A stretch of DNA of 64,000 nt from the human T2T-CHM13v2.0 reference genome, Homo sapiens. The stretch lies in NCBI RefSeq assembly GCF_009914755.1, contig NC_060937.1, one strand, 5' to 3'. Positions 1 through 13,862 of this stretch are shown piece after piece. Position 1 is the first letter of the stretch. Every line of letters begins with the position of its first letter. The notes below the pieces were generated by a model. It had not been told where the DNA came from. It saw only the letters and a list, made by a program, of their open reading frames with translations, and did no database searches. Position numbers and translations under genes: made by a program.

Positions 1-1826
1 ACCAATAGACATTATTTTCTTCTGCCTCCACAGTTAAAATAGGAGTTTTTATGAGTTAATGCAGTCATATATAATTTAAAACGGGTCTTCAAAGACTGAA
101 ATCTATATACAAGACCTATTTAATAGAAGCAGTGATAATCTCCACTGCTTTAGCCTGTTCTTAAACTGGGAAAGAATGAAGGGTGCTTTACTGTGGTTTA
201 TCACACCTTAATGCTATTATTTCAATCATTCAGGCCTATACACACAGTGTTTTTAAATGAATGTCTTCATGCAATCATCCCCTGACTAATATTTTGAGAT
301 TATAGAGTTGGCTAACATGCTATGACCAGTGCCTATTTTAACAACCTCTTAGCTGCAGTTTTGCCTTTACGTTCAAAGAGCACAATACACCTTTTTTAGA
401 CACCCTAACTGCCATACCATCACACACGAACTTTTCAGGCAAAATCTTATTCTGACTCAACTCTTTACAGAGGTATAGATGTGACATCACACTGATAGTA
501 TCTTCCTCAGAAGAGACACATTTGACATTTATTCAAGACATGCAAATACTTACAAAGGACCTTACTAAAAGTGACCCTTTATGTCCTAAAACTTAAGAGG
601 AGCACCGATGGTCTGTATACAGCATGACCTATTTTCCAATAAAGAGTTCCAGTCAAAGTGATGCTCTACATATTTAATGAACAGAAGGCAGGATATATTT
701 TCAGTGTATGTAGCTGTGGAAGCACCTTGGTTAGTGGTGCAACTTTCTTAAAAAGAGGAGTGTCTTGGCAACATAGTTACTGGCACTAACTTCTTTTTTT
801 GTTAAGCAAATTCAGACCTGCTCAGCTACTAAAAGAAAAAGGATATGGATCTCCAACTATAGCATTACTCAGTTCACCCTATAGCTTTTGAGAACTCTGT
901 GTATATAAACATCTGATTTAATTGATCATCAGGTTGTAAAATGGTTTTTGTGTCCTAATAGAGAAGGCTGTGCAGACTTTCTGAGAGTTAAACATCAATA
1001 AGATCCTCAAAATGCTAGAGTTAACATTATGAATCAATGTTGAAACAGTTGTGGGAGGCTGTTTTTGGTAGCTCCTCCACACCTGTGAAATAGGGAAAGT
1101 GGGACTTATTTGCTCCTTCAATCTCACCCTCCCTCATGGTCTGTCATGTTTATGTTTAACCTGTTGAAGTCTGTTATCCTCCCTAGTGGAGGATATCCCT
1201 CTCAAGGATAAGCCAGGCCTTGCTTTTCCATTAATTTTTTTTTCTAGAGTGTAGAGCCTCACAGGGAGCCGGGAGTCTCAAATTCATCATCATAAACAAC
1301 TTCTGGGTGCAGAAGAAGGGCCTCTAGCACCATCAGAAGAAAAGTCAGTGTCCAAACTCGTATTTTTCCAGGACTTCCTGATCTGAGCAATGTGAGCTAC
1401 CCAATATTCCATAAGGTTATATGAATGACAATCCATATGCTCAGGTCAATGCAATGAAGGTCAGGTGGGGGTGGTGGAAAGAAAGAGAGAGAAAGAGAGA
1501 CAGAGAGACTTTCAGTTACCTGAAAGTTCATCCAAGGCAAGAAGGCAGGGTCATATCCAGTACAAAAATAAATACTGTTAAAATTGGGGTTCCGATGAAG
1601 GTCATTGCTAGAGAAGCTTGTATGGTTGTCAAAAAGTGCAGTCTGTGGGATAACATGGCTCCCACACACGTAAAAATAATTTTCCACTGGGCATTAGAGT
1701 CCCTTAATATAGTTGGTTTTATTATTAATCCAGTGGGCTATAGAGATAATGGTCACAAATATTTGATTTAGCTTTGTCAATCCAAATATTTTTCTTTAAG
1801 TGTGCTCAAGTTATAAGAGAATGTAC

Positions 1827-2079
1827 GGCCCAGCGTGGTGGCTCAAGCCTGTAATCCTAGCACTTTGGGAGCCGAGGCGAATGGATCACTTGAGGTCAGG
1901 AGTTCAAAACCAGTCTGGCCAATATGGTGAAATCCTGTCTCTACTAAAAAAAAAAAAAAAAAAATAGCCAGGTGTGGTGGTCACCTGTAAACCAGGTGTG
2001 GTGGTCACCTGTAATCCCAGCTACTTGGGAGGCTGAGGAAGGTGAATCACTTGAACCCAGGAGGCAGAGGTTGCAGCGG
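1827..2079 (+). mobile_element. AluS, 3'-truncated, with an internal 24-bp duplication
   Basis: Left arm, A19 linker; right arm stops at GTTGCAGCG with no tail. Confidence 0.92.
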
Positions 2080-3975
2080 AGATTCGGCATATGAATAGGC
2101 TGTTTATCTGTTTTCATAGGGAGAAACCTCATGTGGGTGTGTCTTGGTAATTCAATGCCTGTAGATCCATTGGCCTTTTTGTGCAGTTAAGCTACTTGTC
2201 AATCTGTCTTGGGTCATGTGTTCCAAAGATAAGAAGAACAGGTGATATTCAGCCGACTAAAGAATTCAGTGTTTGCTCTCAGCAATTATTATGACGGATG
2301 GCTGCAGCACGCCATTGTTTTGTCTGCCTCGGAGGTGGTCGTGGCAAGACTGTCTCTGCTCCGGAGGGGTGTTTAGCTACATGTTTACAAAAGTGGCTAA
2401 GGCCTTAGGGATTAGATTTATCTCACAGTTAAAGGCAGCTTTTTCTTTACAAAGTAGAAACTTTAGGGATTTGTCCTAGACTATGCGATTTTAAACAAGA
2501 GAAGCCTAATTTCAGGATAAGATAGTTAGGTTGAAAAAATTATGATTTTTTTTTTTAAAGGAGGCACCAGGTCTCCATTGAAATCATCTAACATCCCAGT
2601 TAGTAACTACTTAGCAAAGTTAGGAAGGCCTGGATTCCACAGACACAAAGGCTGGACAAATACCAGTTGGGTCTTAGTGGCAAAAGTTCTAGTCAACTGT
2701 GGGGTTGGCAACTAATAATATCTGCAATTCCACAGAGACTAAAACAAGTTAATATACTGCAAAAAAAGAGCTTAATTTACGTTGTCTGGACTGTATTTAA
2801 AGGTTCTTGGTCTCAAGATTTCATTCGATTTGGACATGTGTCTGTTTATTTGATATAATGTTTGTAGTGCATTCCCAGATGTACAATATGCTATCTTCAG
2901 TTTTCAAAGAGGCTAATTGGTCTTGGGCCAGTTTATCCGTAGTTGGTTCTGAAGGTTCAGCAGTTTATCTTCAATAGAATATCCTTACTTCTACCAGTAG
3001 TTTATGTGGTACTAGGGTTTGCACAACCCACTGATGACAATTGTTGGCATGCTAAACCAAATACAGGGAATCTTCTTTTTGCTTCCTTTTTTCAGGAGGG
3101 TTATAAAAAATAAAGCATTGGAAATACCCCTCCCCCAAACTAAATGCTAATTGCAGCAGTGATAGCATACTCACAAGTCACAAGGGTCAATACTGTCTAA
3201 TCCTCTACAGTCTACAGAATGTGCCAACAACCACTGGCCTTCAAGGGCCAGCCAGTTATTACACTTGGATAATATATTGAATAGCATTATAGCTTTAATA
3301 CATATTTTATGTGAAGATCAAGGTCTTTATCTTCTGTCTATGGTACTGTTTCAATCGTGCAGTTTTGGGAGGTTTTATGGATACCAAACATTCTTGGCTG
3401 AGGATAAGATTGACTTTTGTGGAAGCCAAAGATATGGGTAACAATGCATGTATTCAATCAGCATGTCCAGATGGATGGCCTGGAAGGTTCTCTCTCCTTT
3501 TTCTGTGGCTTCACAGAGAGCTGGTTCAGCAGGTCTAAGTTAGTTCAACAAACAAATAGGTTAGTTTAAAATACTGAGCTCCTGAGTCTTCCCAGTTTTA
3601 ACAAGGCCAATTCTCTGACTAGGCAATTTCCATTCTTACATGGTTACATGGATAGTCTCTGCTCCCAACACTAAAAATATATACTGCATTATGTGTATGG
3701 AAAGCCTAGGTACTGAAACTTGGCCATGACTTTTTATAGACCATCTGTGCTCAGCCTAAACAGAGGATAATGAGAATTTGGAAGATTAGGTGAGCTTTGC
3801 TTGGACTTTTTTCTTATAAAGTCCTATATTTTTATATCTGCACTACTTGGTACTAGAGGAATGTGCCCATGAACGTTTTACATGAAAGTATGGCAAGCTC
3901 TGATAACCTGAGGCAACATTTAAGTCAGGTGTATACTAGGAAATTTTTCTCAGTATGGGAATAACTGCTTGCCAC

Positions 3976-4026
3976 TGTTTTGTTTGTTTGTTTGTTTGTT
4001 TTTTGTATTTTGTTTTGTTTGTTTTT
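3976..4026 (+). repeat. (TTTG)n / T-rich simple repeat
   Basis: Direct reading. Confidence 0.85.
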
Positions 4027-5709
4027 CCAGAAGTAAACTCCATGGTTCTCTTATGTAGTCTTTTTCTCTAGTATTTCACACATGGATCAACTGTTTTAAA
4101 AGATGAGTCCACATGTTAAGGACTTTTAGTAGCCCATATTTGAATGTTAGTTTTATAGGCTTTATCCTCTTATTCACTGCCAATCCCTGCTATTTGTTTT
4201 CTGTATTGTCTAGAGTAGCGCTTCTCTAAAATCTTGGTAGGAGCTAATTTTGCATGTTATAAAAGAAACATTTGCAATGTGTAAAGCCTTGATCTAGTTA
4301 ACATATGCTGATTTATAGCTAACATACACTGAGAACTTTTTTACCAGTTGTATTAAACTCATTACAAGGAACAATTCAGTAAGTCATTCAATAGCTCTAT
4401 GAGATTTAATATATAAATGATATGCCTATAGTACACAAAAATCTAGCTAAATGAATTTAAAAGTTTGATGGAAAAAGTTAATATATGATGATAAAAATAT
4501 TAATGTATATGTATTTAATCTTTGAAACAGTCCTTTCTAAGTATAAGAATTTTAAAAGTATATACATTAAAAGAATAGCATATTTGGACAAATATTTAAA
4601 AATTCTATGTATAATAATACTGTGAAGAAGGTAAATGTTGAACAGGAAGAATCATTGTTATACATATGACAAAGAAATTATAAGCTTATCATAAAAATCT
4701 CTATTATGTTGAGAAGAAAATTAGAAACATCATAACAGAAAGATATTTAAAATACTTGAATATCTAACTCATGAGAGATAAAACAAATAAATGTATTATT
4801 AATGATATTAAATAAAAATATCAAACACTTTTTGAGCATTTGCTTTGAGCCTGACAACACACTCAGCATTTTACAAATCTCACTGCACTTAATCCTCACT
4901 AAAACTTTCTAGGAATTAGAGTCACACAAACTTTAAAGATGAGTTAACTGAAGCAGAGAAAGGCAGAATGATTTGACAAAAGATATACAACTAGTAACAA
5001 TTGTATTCCATGGCAATAAAAAAAGAAAAAAATTGACTTTTGTTTTGGCGAATTTAATTACCATGTTTTTTTTGGGAGTGAAGGGTCTGTATTTTCTGAC
5101 ACTGGTGATGGAAGAGTAAATTGTAAAGCATTTTAAAGGGCAGTATGAGATCAAATGTTAAGGGCTTTATCAGCATTTATAGTTTTGATCCAATAATCCA
5201 TTTGAATTAATGTATTGAATTAAAGAAGGGTTTCAATAATTTTTAACTATATGGGAAAATGTCTGTAAAAAGACAATAGATACATATGCATTTATATATA
5301 TATGCTTGTGTGTGTATGTTCACACATATTTATATAACATATAACATTAAATATGTATATATATGAATTATATACATATAAATGCAGCATAACCATGATC
5401 TTTATATAAAATGTATTTCCAATTTTGTTTATAAAATGTAATCACACACCCATACATAATTAAAGAAATTTCTAAAATATTTTAAGGTTTGCAACATTGT
5501 GAATGTGGATTTATTTAAAAAAATTTACATTCTTAATTTTTTAAAAATAAGTAATTATTAATATGAGAAAATATAAAGTGACTATAATGACTTTATCCTC
5601 TTGCATTGGATACTAATTTAAAATAATTAAGCTTGTCAAAGCACATGTAACTCTGAAAATTCATATAATTCAAAATGAACTTTCAGGATTTTTTTTACAG
5701 TTTGGCATT

Positions 5710-6187
5710 AATGATGCCAATTAATGGCCTCCCTGACTGTAACTCTGCAGTGCCCTTTTATTCTATGGGCTCATGAACATGACTTGTTTTGGCCAACCAC
5801 ATATTATCAGCAAGCATGACACAGCAGAGGCTTAAGAAGTATGTGTATGTGTTCTCTTGATCCCTACTGCATGACTTGGCTTGCTTCCTCTTGGGTCCCT
5901 GCCACAAGGATGAGAATATGGCAAGAGTGCTATAGGAATATGAGGAATACATGGAAGAGGGCCCAGTTGTCCCAGCTGAGACCATTCTAGAGCAGCCAGC
6001 CATATCCAAGTGCCAACCAACCTAAAATGCATGAACAAGCCCAGCTGAGTTCTATCAAAAATGACCCAAATCATCACAACTACTCTTCTCTCCTATTGTC
6101 TCCAAAAATATAATAAATTACTTTTTTAAAGTCATTATGTTTGGGTGGTTTTCTATGCAGCATTATTTTAGTAATAGATAACTGATC
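5710..6187 (+). mobile_element. MLT1-family (G/H-like) MaLR LTR
   Basis: TGACTTGTTTTGGCCAA, GTCCCAGCTGAG..ATTCTAGA, AATAAA, and terminal ATGCAGCATTATT..TAATAGATAACTGAT. Confidence 0.7.
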
Positions 6188-7962
6188 TTCCTTGTATGGG
6201 AAGTTTACATTGGTCAATACAGCTGATACATTGGATTTTTCTGTTTACAGAAATCAGGCAGAGAAACTAAAAATCTTGAACACTGAAGTTACATAAATGG
6301 GAATATTAACATCTAGAATAGATACGTCATCTCATTTTCAAATAGCTAGATAGTGTTCATGTTTTTAATTTCCAACACAGTTTTCCATAGCTTATTATAT
6401 ACGTGTGTATATATATATCCCTTTCATGAGAAATGTAAATATTATATATATTATTTGAATATTTTGATATGTTGCATCGTTATTTTAGATTCTGACATAA
6501 TACTTGGTAGGAGCAAACTTTTTAGTATTTAAGGTAGATAATTGGCTCAAAAAACTATACATAGCTTTCACAAATTTATGTTGACAAAAGATTGTTACAT
6601 AATCTCCTAAGATAAAAACCTGTGAAATCATTTTAAGTCATTGCTAAAACACAACATCATGGTGAAAACTCAGGATAACGTTTAATGTAAGATGCAGGAA
6701 AAAAAAAACAACTTTAAAAACAACACATGACTGAACGTAAAAGCTTTTAACTTACGTCTATACGTTTCAGGACTTATATTATTTGTCTGATAACAAAAGC
6801 ACACAGTCGGGTTAATAATATACCATGTACTTTTTGAAGCAGTAATAAAAATTATATTTTACTTCACTAACAAGAATCCATAGGCAATAGGAATAGCATT
6901 GCTAATTCATCAAAAATATTGAATCCTGAAACACCTGGAGATATTTAATTCAATCTGTTTTACATTTGATGTAATATGCCTGATGTCACACTGCTGGTTT
7001 TTGGCAGAGCTTGGATTACTCCTCGGGTCTCTTGGTTACTTATTTAGTGATCCTTGTGCTAATCTCTGTTTAGTGATATATAAGAGCTAAACCTAAGGCA
7101 ATGAAGTAAAATTATGAATACCCCCTTAACAATGGGCTATGGCCACATCTATATGTTAATGTACCACCAATCAAACAGGAAAATAAATTCTATATGCAGA
7201 CAGGTATAATTGGTGCATATAGCTATGCTCATTTTACTAAGATCTGCCTAAAAATCACTTTTTTCCCAAAATGACCACTGTGAGGGGCTATCTCTTCATA
7301 TTATTTAACTGGTGAAGAGGGTGTACCTCTAATATTACTTCCCTACTCCTACCTTAGTTGTCTGTTTATAATAAATGTTTGAATCCATTTGCCCAACATC
7401 ATTTTCTGTAAGGGATAAAATGTTCAGTTCATTGAAATGTTTGGATACTGGATGGTGATTCACGTACCATGTGTTTTCAGGGCATGTGTTTTCAGGTGAT
7501 AGTGAAATGCATGTTTGAATCAATGGATGAATAAATGATTACAGCAGTAAATAGCTACTAAGTTCCCTAGTGGTATAAAATTCATCTAGAGGGCCATGTG
7601 TTATGATTTCTCAATGGCAGCTGTTTTCAAAGGTATAATTATGACATTAAATTTACTTTTAATAGGACTTGCGGAGTTGACAAATTCCTAGTGTGTTTCT
7701 TTTGAAAAGACACTGCTGTTTTTCCTTTTATTATTGTCTGAGAGAACACTGAATTCTGCCTCTACCAACTCCCTGCTATTGATCTCTCTTCCCCTACTTT
7801 TCCTCAGAGCTTAAAGAGCATCTTAATTACTCACAGCTGCTAATTAACTTACTAGTTTAGTTTGAGATCCAATTTTCTAAAACTACAAAGGGCAAATGGA
7901 ATTATTTATATAATTGTGCATTTGATGAAATGTTGCATTTAATTTTTTTTTAAAAACCATGT

Positions 7963-8197
7963 AACAAATACTTACACAGTACTTACTATGTGCCAGCTCC
8001 TGTTCACGTGCTTAAAAACTGTTAACTCATTTAATTCTTACAACAACCATATGAAGGAGGTACTGCTTTTATCCTAATTTGACTTATGTGAAAATTGAGG
8101 CATAAAGAGATTAAATAATTTGCCCAAGATCATGCAACTAATAAATAGCAGAGCTTGGAGAAATCCAGGCTGTCTATCTCCAGAGACTGAGCTTTTA
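7963..8197 (-). mobile_element. MIR SINE
   Basis: TACTATGTGCCAG, AACTCATTTAATTCTTACAACAACC, GAAAATTGAGGCA, TTGCCCAAGATCA. Confidence 0.8.
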
Positions 8198-10470
8198 TGT
8201 TTCTTCTCAGCGACCTCTGAAATCTTACTCATCTTACCCAACTTTTGGCCTGTTCATATTTCTCTAGAGCATCACTTTGAATTGTACTTCAAGGGCTTCA
8301 GAATTTAAGATTATTTTTCAAAATTGTTTGGCCAGGTAAATATTTTCATTCGAAGTCAAGTTTGAAATGGTTATATAATGCATGTTCTTAATTTTCTGTT
8401 ATGGTTCTTTTTAATGAATGGGCATTTTAATAATTTGCTGCAGATTTTATTTTCGTCTCTACTTACCATTACATTGCAATTTATTAATTAGTTACGTTAG
8501 AACATTTGTAGAAGTTCAAAGGTTAATAAAGCGTAACAGCTGTTTAGAATATTAGAATAATATACTGGTATCACTGTGCAGATTATTAGTAACATTTGTT
8601 GCAACTTAACAGACAAAAAAAAATCTTTCTGAAACTTTGACCACTATGGTAAACTCTAAAATTGTCATTGTCACCATCTTAGATCAAACCCATTCTGAAG
8701 ATGACACTGCCTCTGGAGTCTATTAATGTTTCTGTACAATAAAAGGTGAATAGAAACTTACTCATCACTCTTGGGAAGTTATGTGTTTTTCAAATAATCT
8801 TACATTTATAGGAAGAGAGAAGAGCAAGAGTAAGACAGAGAGAGGAGAGAAATAAAGCAGATATACTCTTTCATATTTATAAAGCAACTATGGTAAGATG
8901 AAAACAGTGAATTGATAAAACATCTCACTTTGGTTTTATAGAGTATCTGTCTTAGGCTGGCACCAAGGTTATTTAGAAAAGAAGCTTTCCATTTCTTAGC
9001 AGAAATAACTTGTATTTTTTTGTGGATGCTTCTTTAGGGTTTATGGTAATAGAGACTATAAGTGCTACCACAGGTTACTAGAAGTTATAGCTGTATTGGA
9101 AGTATGTTATGGCAAGAATATCATAAATATGATAAGAACAATGAAATGTTCTTGATTTACATTTACATAGTATATTGCAAATGCATTCAAATGCATTTTA
9201 CTGAATTTAATGTTGGTTGGGGAAAGACTGGAAAAATGCAGAAGTCATTTGGAAATTTAAATGACTATAAATTCTTCCCAATAGGAAGTTGGCATTCTAT
9301 TTAGGTTTACCTAGTGAAAAATTTCTATCTGTTAAAGTAGAAAGGAAGGAATGAGCAGAAACAGAATTAAATGAAATAATCATTGAGACAGCCAACTTTA
9401 CCTTGTCTGGAAACATAATGCATTATTTTTCAATAAAATAAACATAATATCTGTCAAATTTATAAAACCATAGCTATTGAGCATATAAATACAACTTACA
9501 TTAGTTGCTTTTATTTAAAAAACATTTTTACCTACTTTTTATACTCAAAAATTGTGTTAGTACTCTGGTACTAAATCTGGATGCTTTAGTGTTAGGTGAG
9601 AAAAGGGTACTCTTACATTTCTGTGTTGGTACTCAGGGTTATATTAAAAATAGCTTATGAGATTTAATTTGGAGTCAATTGCAATTATATATCATATATT
9701 GTTACATCGTATTCCAATAATTGTCTTACAAATCTTTGTATTGACAACTTTGGCATAACATATTTACAGAGCTCCAACTACTTCAAGACAATGGTAATTT
9801 ATAATGAACAATATCTTTCAAAAGATAAAACAAAACCCTTTTGCTCTATTATTTTAATTGTCATAAAGAACATATAATATTAGAAGACCAAGAAAAGTGT
9901 ATGAAACTCTGCTTTAATATGTTTAGATTTTTTTGAGAAAAAATTTAAAAAAATTTAGAAATTGGGTTATTTCTTTGATTTTTGTATACTTTTTTTATTA
10001 GGTTTTTTTTACTGTGGCTTTAAATTTAATCTTTTGTTTTAGGGATTTCTTTTGTTTGGTCTTTTGATAGATGCTGTAAGGATCACATGCTGTAAGCCTA
10101 CCATATAGAGTTAATAGAAGCCTACTTTACTCAAAGTATAAGGTATTTGAAATGGTATAACCCATTTGCCTCACATCCTTGTGCTCTTATTTCCATATAC
10201 ATTATATCTATCTACTAACTTTAAACCACAATGTAGTTATTGATTCAATTAGTCTTATGCTTTTAAAGAGGAAAGTGACAGTATTTTATAGTTTAAACAC
10301 AAACTATATCATTTCTTGTGCTTGATATTTCTTCCTTTATATTTGACATTCAATTTGCCTTCAATTCCCTTCAACTTGAAGAAATTACTTTAATATTTTG
10401 TATCATATATTTGCTGCTGATAAATTTCTCCAAGACTTAATTTTTTCTGAAAATATCAGAATTTCATTCT

Positions 10471-12260
10471 TGTATTAGTCTGTTCCCATACTGCTAATAA
10501 AGACATACCTGAGACTAACTAATTTATAAAGGAAAGAGGTTTAATTGACTCACAGTTCTACATGGCTGGGAAAGCCTCACAATCATGGCAGAAGGTGAAT
10601 GAGGAGCAAAGTCATGTCTCATATGGTAGCAGGCAAGAGAGTTTCTGCAGGGGAATTCCTATTTATAAAACCATCAGCTCTCATGAGACTTATTCACTAC
10701 CACAAGAACAGTATGGAGAAAATGGCCACCATAATTTAATTATCTCCACCTGGCCCCACTTTTGACATGTGGGGATTATTACAATTCAAGGTAATATTTG
10801 GATGAGGACACAGCCAAACCATATCATTCTGCCCCTGCCCCCTCCCAAATCTCATGTCCTCACGTTTAAAAACCAATCATACCTACCCAACAGTCCCCCA
10901 AAGTCTTAACTCATTTCAGCATTAACTCAAAAGTCCATAGTCCAAAGTCTCATCTGAGACAAGGCAAGTCCCTTCTGCCTATGAGCCTGTAAAATCAAAA
11001 GCAAGTTAGTTACTTCCTAGATAGAATGGGGGTACAGGCAGTTGGTATATACACCCATTCCAAATGGGAGAAATTGGCCAAAATGAAGGTGTTGCAGTCC
11101 CCATGCAAGTCTGAAATCCAGTGGAACAGTCAAATCTTAAAGCTCAAAAATGATCTCTTTTGATTCTTTGTCTCACATTCAGGTCACACTGATGTAAGAG
11201 GTGGGTTCCTATGGCCTTGGACAGCTCTGCCACTGGTCTTGTGATGGGAAGGGCTGCCATGAAGCTTTCTGACATGCTCTGGAGACATTTCCTCATTGTC
11301 TTGATGATTAACCTTCAGCTCCTTGCTACTCATGCAAATTTCTACAGCAAGTTTGAATTTCTTCCCAGAAAATGGGTTTTTCTTTTCTATTGTATCATCA
11401 GGCTGCAAATTTTTCAAATTTTATGTTCTTCTTCCCTTTTAAACATAAGTTCCAATTCCAAACCATATATTTGTGAATCTATAAAACTGAATGCTTTTAA
11501 CAGCACCCAAGTCACATCTTGAATGCTTTGCTGCTTAGAAATTTCTTCTGCCAGATACCTTAAATCACCTCTCTCAAGTTCAAATTTCCACAAATGTCTA
11601 GGGCAGGGGCAAAATGCTACCAATCTCTTTGCTAAAGTACAACAAAAGCCATTTTTGCTCCAGTTCCCAATAAGTTTCTCATCACCATCTGAGACCACTC
11701 AGCTTGGACTTTATTGTCCATATCACTATCAGCATTTTGGTCAAAACCATTCAACAAGTCTCTAGGAAGTTCCAGACTTTCCCGTATTTTCCTGTCTTCT
11801 TCTGAGCCCTACAAACTGTTCCAACCTCTGCCTATTACCCAGTTCCAAAGTTGCTCCCACATTTTCAGGTATCTTTACACCAACACCTCACTCTTGGTAC
11901 CAATTTACTGTATTAGTTTGTTCCCACGCTACTAATACAGACATACCCCATACTGGGTAATTTATAAAGAAAAAAGGTTTACTTGATTCAGTTTTATGTG
12001 GCTGGGGAAACCTCACAACCATGGTGGAAGGCAAATAGGAGCAAAGTCACATCTTACATGGCAGCAGGCAAGAGAGCTTGTGAAGGGGAACTTCGATTTA
12101 TAAAACCATCACATCTTGTGAGACTTATTCACTATGAGGAGAAAAGTATGGGGAAACGGCCCCCATGATTCAATTATCTCTACCAGGCCCCACGCTTGAC
12201 ATGTGGAGTTTATTGCAATTCAAGGTGAGATTTGGGTGGAGACACAGCCAAACCATATCA
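10471..12260 (-). mobile_element. THE1 (MaLR, THE1C/D-like) provirus: LTR 10471-10826, internal 10827-11908, LTR 11909-12260
   Basis: Both LTRs run TGTATTAGT...CAGCCAAACCATATCA (reverse of the THE1 start). 5-bp TSD ATTCT/AGTCT (4/5 match). Confidence 0.93.
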
Positions 12261-12709
12261 AGTCTTATTTTTAAAACATTTTTAGTTGGGCACAGAATTT
12301 GGCATTAACCGTTTATTTCAGCATTTTTTATTGTCATTTGATCCCATGTCCCTAGTGAAAATTCGACCATCTTTCTTACCATTTTTCCCATTTGTGTAAT
12401 GTTGCATTTTTTTTTTGGTTCCTTTCAATATCTTCTCCTTTTCATCTGTGGTTATCAGTAATTTGGTTATTATGCCTAGATGGGACTTTCTTTTCTTTTT
12501 TTTTTTTTTTTTTCTTAATTCGGCTTGGGGTTAACTGAGCTTATTGAGTTTGTAAATTGATTTTTTTTTTTTAACCATACGTGAAGAAATTTTCATCATT
12601 ATTTTTTCAGATATATTTCTATCTCAGTTTAACTCTCTTTCTGATAATCAAATTACATATAAGTTAGATACATTTATATTGTCTTATAGGAGCTTGAGTC
12701 TCTACTTAA

Positions 12710-13862
<1,153 letters not shown>

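Noticed and set aside
2273-2479. VAKALGI integrase-like motif on the plus strand
   Set aside because: The flanking SDNG and PQSSG motifs are absent, and it is opposite in strand to the other weak hints.
7468-7497. 15-bp tandem duplication CATGTGTTTTCAGG(G/T)
   Set aside because: Two copies with no spacer; ordinary slippage, not an array.
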